Positions 36,662 to 51,251 of a stretch of 64,000 nucleotides of DNA are shown here, in pieces. Below the pieces are notes generated by a model that did no database searches, was not told where the DNA came from, and saw nothing but the letters and a program-made list of their open reading frames with translations. Origin of the DNA: Salpingoeca rosetta (Eukaryota > Protista > Choanoflagellata). The first letter of the stretch is position 1. The number at the start of each line of letters is the position of its first letter. Both the position numbers and the translations under genes were made by a program. The stretch spans positions 2,310,385 to 2,374,384 of the forward strand of contig JAWQFM010000003.1 of NCBI GenBank assembly GCA_033442325.1. Direction: 5' to 3'.

Positions 36662-38072
36662 GGTGGGTGGGTGGGTGGGTGGATGTGTAAGAACAAAACA
36701 AGGGGAGCACCAGAAGCCCAGCAGACTTGCAAGCACGGGAGGAACTGACTTGGCAAAGCCGGCGAGCGTGCGCTGATCGCCCCACGTGGCCTAGTATCGA
36801 GTCATGTTGAGATACACGCAGTGGATGACATTGAGTTGCACATGGTGAAGACAAATCACATGTACGGCAGCAGATTGTGGCTACCTCAACGAAGACGTAC
36901 ATGCCCCAGTCTCGTACAAGCATTGGTGATACATAAGTATACGTCGGCACACACACACACACAAAAACAAAACAACAACACACACACACTCTCTCTATTT
37001 CTCACATGCATATACACGCGCACAGACACACACACGCACACACTCTCTCATGCACACACAGGCGCACACCTCTGCTTTGTTGAGGAAAGCGGAGATGGGA
37101 ACGTAGAAGTAAGGCGTGATGCCCAAGATGGACACGACGACAAGTTTGGCAATGGCTGACGGCGTGAGGAGGAAATTGCGGCCATGCCACAGCACCCACG
37201 GCACCATAACCACCAGATACAGCACGACTGTGTGCTGGTTGGTGGTGCTGAGCGCGCACACGAATGCGCCGGCAACCGCCGTGCTGACTGATGGAGACTG
37301 GATGTATCGAATGAGAAACACCAGCAGCAGCGCAACAAAGAAGTTGTTCATCGCAAACACTGCCGCGGATGTGCATGAGTGAACGGTGAAGATAGGAGGT
37401 CAAGGATCGAGTGAGCGTGCGAACAGCAACAAGAAGTGGGTGGTGGCATGTGCGATGAAGAAAGAGGCCCACGTAGAAATGTAGAAATACACACGCTCAC
37501 ATAAAACATGCTCACTCACGCAGAATGTCACTCAATCACGCATACGCATATTCTCTCTCTCACACACACACACACTCACACACACTCACACACACTCACA
37601 CACACACACACACATACACACGACACTCGAACCTTCGGCTGTGATTGAGTACATCCATGTGAGACGCGTGAAGCTGAACAACGCCGCAGCCACAATGCCG
37701 CCTCCTCGCATCGACGGTGGGCTCAACTGCACAGGGCATCGTGTTCAGCGTCCACGCATGCAAGTAGCCATGCCCAAGCAATGTGTGAGCGAGCAGAGTC
37801 AGGTGTCTAGCACATGAGCAGTCATGCACTGTGCCTGCACGTGCACAACACAAACACACACACACATTCACATACACATACACATACACATTCACATAAA
37901 CACACGCACGCACGCACGCACGCACGCATGCACATACGCACACACACATACGCATTCACATTCACATACGCACATACACACGCACATACACATAACACGT
38001 ACGTACGCACGCACGCACACACACACACGCGCGCGCGCACACACACAGCACAGAAACACATCCACATCTACA

Positions 38073-38106
<34 letters not shown>

Positions 38107-39153
38107 GCACGCCCGCATATACATACGAAAGCACATGCACATATTCACGTACCTTATTTGTGACCCAGGCGATGCAGGTGCCGGCGATGCTGGCAAACGT
38201 TGCGGAAAGGAGATTGGCTCTCCAAGCAGGTGTGCCAAACGGCACAATGCGCATAAACATGTGGCACAGCAGCGTATACAAGGGATAGCCTAGATATGAA
38301 ACGTAGGCGGCGTGAGAAAGTGGCGAGCAGCACCAGCAACGCGCAGCCTTCTAACACCCTTCGCAGTGTGCACGATGAGAGTACTGACACTTACCGGGGG
38401 GATGTGCCACGCCGAGCTCGCACGCCACCGACTTTGCGCAAGAGCACCAAGTACAGCCGCGCACAAGAGGAGAGCAAAGGGTGAGAAAGTGAGATCCAGT
38501 GTCGTGCCATGACATCAGCAAGGTAAAGTACAGCATTGCTTTCGCCCTTCAAGGGGAGTCGTGTACGCACCACAAGCTCGCCGGAGTCTCCTCCAGGAAT
38601 ACTGGGATACAGCGTCGACGCGAACACTCCTTGACAATGCCACAGCAACGTACAACACAAACAGCGAGGGCATGAGCATCATACAGCTCAAGCAAACAGG
38701 AAACAAGCAGCGAGCAGCACACACACACAAGCACCACAACAAGCAGCAAGCAACACCGCACTTCGTTGTGGTGCAGGTGTGACGTCAGGTCACAACATCG
38801 CACAAGGAGCGTAACAAGAAGGCAAAGGTTGGTGGCAGAGGCTTTTGGTATGTGCGTGCCCTCACCAAGCTGCACGCAGAAGAGGAGAATGTACTCGAGA
38901 GCATTGGAGCTGCCATCTCCTCCATCGTCGCCTACAGCGGCGGCGGCTTTCTGTGTCTGGCGCTTCCCTCGCCGCTTTGCACTGCCAAACACCAACAAGA
39001 CAAAAGGGGAGAAAGGAAGACGACCAGTCCACAACACCAAGCTGAGTGAGTGGACAACCTCTAGTCACACAGGGCTGTGACGCACACTACAACTGCGTGC
39101 ACTGCCACAACAACAACAACAAAAACAACAAACAACCTGCGCTGTGTCATCAT
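32534..39153 (-). CDS. TMEM260: TMEM260 / DUF2723 GT-C protein O-mannosyltransferase
   Basis: [86 protein letters not shown]...[43 protein letters not shown], and a TPR-like C-terminus (FWHKNFG). First exon MMTQR (39153) splices in phase to SAKRRG. Confidence 0.92.
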
Positions 39154-39496
39154 GTTCCGCTGACCGCCGAATATTTGTCTAAATCATTCGCTATTTCTCC
39201 TCAATTCCCATCTCTGCTTGCTCCGCTGGCATACTCGCAAACAACAACCAATACACTCTCGCTCGCTCGCTTGCTTGCTTGCTCCATTGCTTTTGGTTGT
39301 TGTTGCTCAAACCCCTATTGTTGCTGACCTTCGCTGGCTTGTTGGGCCACAACACAACAACGCATCACACGCACGCACTCGCGCGTACACACGCACACAT
39401 ATAGACGTAGCTACACTCAGCCTCGTTTGCTTCGTCTGTCACCACGTCTGTGCGACCTCCGTCTGCGCGCCTCGTGCCTTGGGAGCGAAGCGAATT

Positions 39497-39856
39497 ATGA
39501 GCAGCCGGTTGAAGCAGCTGTTTGCGAATGTGCCGATCGATGACGACGGCGATGACGACACAACAGCGACGCCAACGTCATCGTCGCCGTGGCCAACCAC
39601 AGATGCAACACAGCAGGCAACCACAAGGACAACGCTGGCAGCACTGTCCACTCCTCAACCACATGCGCAAGGACAACACAAGCAGTCAACTACAGCTGTT
39701 GGATCAGGGCTTGCTGCGCTCAGTTTGGGGACCCCCGTGAACTCTTCCTCAAAGCAACGACCAGCTTACAAGAGCAAAGCGCCAGGAGCCCTCCAATGCC
39801 CATCGTAAGTGCCTATGCAGTGTGTGTGTGTGTGCATGCGCTATATGTGTCATTGC

Positions 39857-39888
<32 letters not shown>

Positions 39889-41537
39889 GCGTGCGCGCGC
39901 ACGTCTCTGTGTGCGCACCTGCTTGTTCACTTGTCCTTCTTTGCCTTAGCTTGTGCGCGCAACAATATGCCCATCAAAAGCTCACTCATTGGGTTTCCTC
40001 CACATCCTTTACAGACCCCACATTGACATACCCCAACACACCGAGCCAGCAAGGTGAGCACACACACATATGTGTGTGTATGTGCGTGTGCTCCTTACTT
40101 GCATCACTTGCGTCACGCTTGCACTTGGTGAATGCATGGTGTATGCCCAATCGGCTGACCCTTGTGTCAATCGCCTGGTACATGCTCCGCAACTACAGGG
40201 CTATTGGAGATGAGGAGGGCCTCAAGGGCGAGATTGGCAAACTGTACATTGACGGCAATGTGTTCACCATCACTACCCTGGAAAAAGATTTTGAGATTGG
40301 CGCTGAGCTTGGGCATGGCACCTTTGGGTGCGTGAAGACGGCCGTCCACAGAGCGACAAACACCACCCTCGCCGTCAAGGTGTGTGTGTGTGTGTGCGTG
40401 AGGCTGTGTGTGTGAGCGTGTGTACATGTATGTAAGGCTGTGTGTGTGTGTGTATAAGGCTGTAAGGCTGCGTGTGTTCCATGCGCCCGCGTTTCATGGG
40501 CATGCATGTGCTTTTCAAGGCAATCATCCGAACACATGACTGACTCCCAATTACCCATGTCTCTTCTTTCGCTCCCACACCAACGCCACTATCACCTCTA
40601 CTGTGTTCCCGCTCCCACATCAGTTGTTGCGGGACACAATGCGAGCAGATGAGAAAGAGAAGCTGATCAAAGAGCTGACGCTGAGCCGAAAGTTTGACAG
40701 CCCGTACACCGTCCGCTATCACGGCATCAACGTCTTTGATGGCCAGATTCAGCTCTTTGTCGAGAAAATGAGGTGCAGCGCGTGTTTGCTGTCTGTATCT
40801 GTTGCTGTGTACAACCCTGTGCTCCTTGTTTGCTTGTTGCTGTTGTCTTGCGTCCTGCACGGCGCGCAACTGAACACACACAGTCTCCCTCTCTCTCTCT
40901 CTCTCACTGACTCACTCACCGATTCACACACACACACACTCTCTCTCTCCCTCGCACACACACGCACACACGCTCACACACGCGCGCTTTGTAGGATGAG
41001 CCTTGATTCGATGATCAAGTACACGAAGAGGGCAAAGCAGCGAGTGCCAGAAGCCGTCCTCGGCCACATCACCTGCTGTGTACGTCATATTGGTGTGGGC
41101 GGATGGGTGCTATCCTTCCTTTGTTCTGTTGATGCTGGGTGCATATTACTGCAAGGGCTGGTGTGCACGTGGCGTTGCAAGCATCTTTTTCTTGACATAC
41201 GCCATGCACGCACACGCACGCACTGTCTCTCCCGCACTCCCACGAACGCACGAAAACACACACGCTTGCGTCCGTGTTTTCAGCTGATCAAAGGCTTGGA
41301 CTACATGTGGCACACGCACCGGGCGATGCACCGCGACATCAAGCCCTCCAATGCCCTCATTGGCTTCGACGGGTCCATCAAACTGTGCGACTTTGGGCTG
41401 GCGAACATTGCTGTCGACAGCATCCTCATCTCCAACGTCGGCTCGGAGCTCTACCTCTCGGTGAGTCGCATAGCCGTTGATTGCACGCGCGCGTGCGTTT
41501 CTGTGTTCATGTGCGCTGTGCAGCCGTGCGTGTGCGC

Positions 41538-41598
<61 letters not shown>

Positions 41599-41894
41599 CG
41601 CTTGTGTGTGTGGATGTCGTGTCTTTAGGACCCCTTGATCGGATTCGTTTCATCTCAGCGCAACTCACGTACACACACACACACACACACATGCGCAACT
41701 CCTTCCCCCCCCCCCCCACACACACACCAGCCGGAGCAGCTTGATCCAACCACGTGCCAGCAAGGATACGATGTGCGGCGCGATGTCTGGTCGCTCGGCG
41801 TCACGCTCCTGGAGATTGCCAACCTCGAGTACCCGTTTAGGTCCGAAGCGGAGAAATACGCCTCCGCCTTCACTGTCATGAACCGCGTCACGCG

Positions 41895-41964
<70 letters not shown>

Positions 41965-42815
41965 CTGTCTGTCGGTCTGTCGATCGGTCGGTGCGTGTAT
42001 GTATGCATCGAGTTTGTTTTGCTGCTGTACTTAGACACACGCATCCCGCTCTCCTCCTCCCCTCCCCTCATTCAACCAACCATCCTGCGATTATTCTACC
42101 GTCAGGCCTCATTCCACGTGTCAAGTATGAGTATTCACCGAGCTTCCAGGACCTTATTTCTTCTTGGTATGTTTTGGAGAAAGCATCGCTCATGCAACCG
42201 TCTCGGCGTTCCATGTGTTCCTTGCGCGATCAGTATCTTTGCGACTGCTTACGCACACGCACACACATATGCGCGCATTCACATGCGTACGCTTGCACGC
42301 ACACACGTCCCAACGCACTCCCACCCCCACGCCTGCCTGTTCGCTTTCGGTGCAGTCTGGAGACGGATGCAAGGTGGCGGCCGTATTTCCGCGTGTGCGC
42401 GCAGCCATTGAAGCGGCTTGGCAGCGGCAGCAGCAGCACTGCCAGTCGTCAGAACAGCGTGACAGGTCGCCCAGACGCACACCGCCTGGCCAGCATTGGC
42501 GATGAGAACCCGTTTGCGGCGGACATGCGTGAGTCGCGCGATGGCGGTGTGGGCAGCGGCAGCCAGCGATCACCTGCTGCTGGTGTGTCCAACCACGCGG
42601 ATACACGTGGCAATGCGGTGGCTTCGCCGGCGTCGGCCACGTCGCTTGCAACGCAATCGCCGCACGTGAGCGCCGAGGAGCTTGCGAAGCGTGAGGGCAA
42701 GACGATACACCCAGCGCTGATGGAGCATGAGTTTTTCAAGCAGTATGATAAGGTGGAGTTGAACGTCGCAAACTGGATCGACTCGTTGTTACGCTTGCCA
42801 GATATGGCAATGTGA
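39497..42815 (+). CDS. Dual-specificity MAP kinase kinase, stress-activated clade (MKK4/7/3/6-like)
   Basis: [42 protein letters not shown]...VDSILIS (SxxxS activation sites), PEQLDP...[20 protein letters not shown], and a DVD-like C-terminus ([11 protein letters not shown]). Confidence 0.9.
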
Positions 42816-42847
42816 AGCCTGTGCACGTGTGTGTGTGTGCGGTTTCT

Positions 42848-42968
42848 CTGTGTCTGTGTCTGTGTCTGGGTATATGTGGCTGCGGCTGTGTGCGTGCGTG
42901 TGTGTCTGTGTGTCTGTGCCTGTGCCTGGGTACATGTGGCTGCGGCTGTGTGCGTGCGTGTGTGTCTG
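42848..42968. repeat. Two tandem copies of a ~60 bp unit downstream of the MAP2K stop
   Basis: TGTGTCTGTG(T/C)CTGTG(T/C)CTGGGTA(T/C)ATGTGGCTGCGGCTGTGTGCGTGCGTGTGTGTC repeated twice. Confidence 0.75.
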
Positions 42969-43156
42969 TTGCTGGACTGTAACCGCTCACGGTGGGTTTA
43001 AATCTCCCGGCAAACAACGAACGAAAGAAAGAAAACCAAAACAACCCACCCAAACAAACCCCCCAACCGTACAACCCCGCCGAGGTGTGGTGATTGAGAC
43101 AAGTGGAGCACCCTCCTACACTCATCCACAGACGCCACTGCGACACGAACGCAAGT

Positions 43157-44598
43157 ATGTCAACGAGGACGGTGGAGGTTGGCGCAGCGTCGCAGCTCCG
43201 GGCGGATACATCCAGGCCTGGACGCGTCGTGTTGTCATGGGCGCGGCCCATCATGGACAACAACGAGGCAACGTTTGCGTTTCGGTGTCGAGTGCTGATG
43301 CGGCTGATCGGAAGGGTGCGCTACAACTGCTCTGTGTGTGTGTGTGTGTATGTGTGTGTGTGTGTGTGTGTGTGGTGTGTCGTGAACTTGGTCTTCTTGG
43401 TCTATGACCGTACAAGTGTCGCTGTGTTTGCCTACTGCGCCATCGGGTGACCCTTCCCCCTCCCCCTCAACCCACCGATCTCGCTCCAGAACTATCCTGG
43501 ATTTCCGACAAGGGACAATGGCAACGAGGACGAAGAGGAAGAGAGGAACAGCAGCTGGACACAGGTGGCCGAGGGCAAGGAGATGCTGGAGTTGACACTG
43601 GACAGCCTTCCTCCGGCATCTGTGTTTCAATGGCGTGTGCAGACAATGTTGATTCGAGGACAGGGCGAGTCTTCGGCCATTGGCACGTTTACCACCCAGG
43701 ATGCGCTGCCACTCTCTCCGCCGCGGGGCGTGTCTGCTATCGAAGTTGGGCTAGACTACGTCGAGCTCAGCTGGAAGCCGCCACGCTTCGTCAACGGCTG
43801 CGTCACACACTACATGTCAGTGGAAGGGATTATCGTTTGCGTGCCTTTGTGCGCTGAGTTTGTCTGTCCAGCACCTTCGCAGCTAGTCACCTTCCTCAAC
43901 GTCCCCAGCGCAAGACTCACGAATCGTTGTATTGCGGGTTGCAGTATCTACTATGACATCTTCGGAGAGAACACACACCAGGAACGCCTGGTTCCAGGCG
44001 ATTGCACCAGCTTTCGTGTCGAGCACCTCTTCAAGCAGAGCTGTTACAGATTTCAAGGTAGGTGTATCGTCAGCGGGTAGCTGCATTCGGGTGTGTGTGT
44101 GTGTGTGTGTGTGCGTGTGTGTGTGTGTGTCTGTGTGTGTGTGTGTGCGTGCGTGCGCATGTGTGTGTGTGTGCGTGTGTCACAGACATCGAGAAGCTTT
44201 TGAACCAAGTGCAGCCGTACGGTGCCTGCCTGAGTGGTGTCATCGTCTCGATGCTTCATGCACACAATCGTGTGCGCTTGACGGCCGTCTCCACTCCTCT
44301 TCTTTCATTCCCTCATGTACCTAGATGCCTCCTCTCACCCTGATCGACTTGCTCTTCTTTGTACACGTGGCATGCAGTTGCGGCGAGAACAAGTGCAGGG
44401 GAGGGTCCACCATCAACGATCGTCTTCCAGGAGACCCGGGCAAGCCCACTGCAAGCGTTCCTCCATCAGAGCAGCGCTGCGAGCACACCGTTCAGCAACC
44501 CAATGAAGATGACATTCGTGGCAGGTACATTGTGTGCGTGTACTCACATTGTGGTTTTGCCTTGGCAAGGTCTCGCTCGATCACTCCCACTTGCAACG

Positions 44599-44653
<55 letters not shown>

Positions 44654-45365
44654 ACACATTTGTTGATGCACACGCTCATGCACATGCACGAGCTCACGTG
44701 TGTCTGTGTATGTGTGTGTATGTGTGTTTCATCCGGCCACCACCACAGGTCAGTCCAACCACGTGCCACCGACAAGGCGCCGTTGGCTATTCCCGCTCTT
44801 GGACACACGGCTCTTGGAGTCTGCGGATGGGCACGCATCTGATGACGAGGACAGCCTTGCCGTTGCCATGCCAGAGGCGTATGAGGACGCCGATGGCCGT
44901 CCGCGGCGTGGTGCACAGGGGGGCGTCGGAAGCGGTGCCATGAAGCAGCTGTTGCAGAAGTTCCAGCATAGCGCAGCCACAGTACCACAGGTAACAGCTT
45001 CCGAACAAAGACGAAGAAGAAACTTGCTTGGAGGCACTGTTGGCAGCGCATTGAGTGCTGCGTCGAGAACAAGCAGCGGGCAGCAGCACGGGCGTGGCAA
45101 TGATGTTGATGGTGATGATGCTGATGATGATGACGACGACACAAGTGCGCATGCGCTGCCTTTGTCGAACATCCCACGGGATGCGCCGTGCTGCCGGTCA
45201 TGGTACGAGCGCGGGTGGTCGCTGTACGCTGGCCATATTGGCTTGCGTGGCGGCGCCCACTACGTTGTGTGGATCTTCCGCCGCCTCAAACCGCGAACAC
45301 AGGAACATCGATTTGCAGCAGAGGCCACATGCCTGGTGAGGCGAAGTGAGAGGGTCTGTGGTGTG

Positions 45366-45416
<51 letters not shown>

Positions 45417-45685
45417 GTGCTGTGCTGTGTTGTGCTGTGCGATGTTGTATTGCGCTGTGTTGTGTTGCTGTGTCGTACATGCACACATGCCCTGTACAAC
45501 TGTATTTTGACCTCATGAGCATCACGACATCCCTGTTCTCAAACAACAAGCAAACGCGCAAGACAACGTCCCTCGTGAGCCGGGGCATGAACGCGCCCAA
45601 CACGCTTGCAGCGCGCTTTGCTGCCGTTGTGGAGCTGGCCAGAATTGGCGGAACTGTCCCCCCAGACGTCGCCATGACCACCTAA
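43157..45685 (+). CDS. Protein with two FN3 domains, no signal peptide, and an uncharacterised C-terminal region
   Basis: VVLSWARP...LTLDSLPPASVFQWRVQT...GQGESS; LSPPRGVSAIEVGLDYVELSWKPPRFVNGCVTHY...FRVEHLFKQSCYRFQVAARTSAGEGPPS. Phase-consistent exons from ATG 43157; last exon boundary tentative. Confidence 0.75.
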
Positions 45686-45689
45686 CCAG

Positions 45690-45763
<74 letters not shown>

Positions 45764-46076
45764 CGCAAAGTTTGCTCCTGCTGCTGAAATATGTGTGTCA
45801 AGTATGATGTGTATTTGATCCGGTCCTACAACAGAACAATGACAAGTGAGAGAAAAGCAAGCGCAGCATGGGTGTGGATAAACACAGCAACAGCAGGAGC
45901 AGAGAGAGAGAGAGAGAACTGTAACCAGTGTAACAAAAGGGGAGCACAGGAGAGAGGTTGCACAACCAACACCAACGCAATGTCACGCATGCACGGAGCA
46001 TGTCAGCCGGTGTGCGTGATCAACGACCGGCTGGCGTTGGGGTGTGACGTTTGAGGGCCGGAGATTCTTGTTCATG

Positions 46077-49297
<3,221 letters not shown>

Positions 49298-49327
49298 CTA
49301 GTCGTGATGCGTGTGTGTGTATGCGGC

Positions 49328-49365
<38 letters not shown>

Positions 49366-49384
49366 CGTGTGTGTTCGTGTGTGT

Positions 49385-49432
<48 letters not shown>

Positions 49433-49979
49433 GCGTGTGCGTGTGCGTGTGCGTGTGTGTGTGTGTGTGCGTGAGAGAAAGGGGAGGAGGGGGAGGAAGG
49501 AAGGTCTGTGGACGTGGTCGAGGCGACAGCTGCAAATGTGTGATGTGATGCGATGTTTGTGCCTGCGCCAAACAACGACACGACGAGGCAAGGGTTCACA
49601 ACCTAGCACAGCATCAACCAACTCAAACACACACACACATGCACACACACATGCACACACACACACATTCACACATATACGAACATACACACATACACAC
49701 ATACACACATCCGCGGGTACCTGGTGTCGCTTGTCTTGTCTTGCCCTGTTGGTCCTTCTCGCTTCCTGCTCTCCACGTCCACGGTCTTGCTCTGTGTCTT
49801 CGGTGTGCTGGACGTTCTGTGTGTGCGTTTGCTGAGTGGATAAGTGCTGACTCAGCGAAAACCGCCACCACCACAAAAACGGTCGCAGAGCAGCCAACCA
49901 CAAGCAAAAGCACAACACCTCCAAACAGCCAGCCACAGGACTCGCCCCGTGTGTGTGTGTGCAGGAGGATGACAAGAGG

Positions 49980-50389
49980 ATGGCTGGGCTTGGATCAACG
50001 ATAGGGGCGTACTCCCTGCAGGCGTACTTGGGGCAGGGTGGCTTTGCACGCGTGTACCGTGCCGTGGATCTGTCGTCCAAGCGCAACGTCGCGCTCAAGG
50101 TGATTGACAAGGCGAAGCTTGTCAAGGACCAGGACCTTGTGGGGCGTGTGCGGCGGGAGATCCAGCTGCACAGTGGCCTCCTCCACCAGCACATCCTCAG
50201 GCTGTACCACTACTTTGAGGACGACAAGGGCGTGTACCTAGTCCTGGAGCTGGCCGAGTACGGCAACATCCAATCCTATATCCAAGACACGCTGCAGCGC
50301 AAGCTCACCGAGGTCGAGGCCCGCGAATACTTTGCACAGGTCAGTGTGTTTTTGCGAATGCGTGAGTGAGTGTGCGAGTGAGTGCTGGC

Positions 50390-50425
<36 letters not shown>

Positions 50426-51155
50426 AGTGCTGACTCTGTGTGTGTGTGTGTGTGTGCGTGAGTGCTGACTCTGTGTGCGTGAGAGAGAGAGAGAGAGCGA
50501 GCGAGTGAACAAGAACAAGGGGTTACTCAATGAGTGCGCGAGCGTGTGTGCGAGTCATCTCTTGCACACCTCGTGCACACCTCGCCCGCTTCCCTATACA
50601 GTCGCACATAGACGCGCACCTCCTTCCCACCCACCCGATTAATGCGTCTCACGAACATTGTTTGCTTTCGTTTAACTCCCCCCCCCTTTGCGTCCTACCT
50701 CAACAATGCTTGTTAGACTGCGCAAGCAGTGGAGTACCTGCACGCCAGTGGCATTGTGCATCGTGACATCTCCAACACCAACGTGCTGCTAACGAAAGAG
50801 CTGCGCGTGAAGCTGGGCGACTTTGGGCTGGCGAAGAAGACAACTGGGTCTGATGACGACGCCGCCCTCGTCACGCTGTGCGGAACCCCGAACTTCCTCT
50901 CCCCAGAGGTGGTTGCACGCAACAAGCAGAGCTTCCCCGTCGACATCTTCTCCCTTGGCTGTCTGCTGTACTACTTCATTGTCGGAAAGCCGCCCTTTGA
51001 CACGCGCGGGAACGACGCCGTCAGAGAAACGCTGCGCAAAGTGGCAGAGGTGGACTTCCACATCCCCGACACTGTGCCACAGGACGCAGCAGACCTCATC
51101 CGCGCCATGATGCAAAAGGTGTGTGTGTGCATGTACGCATGTTTCAGCTTGAGTG

Positions 51156-51188
<33 letters not shown>

Positions 51189-51212
51189 GAGAGAGACAGA
51201 GAGAGACAGAGA

Positions 51213-51251
<39 letters not shown>

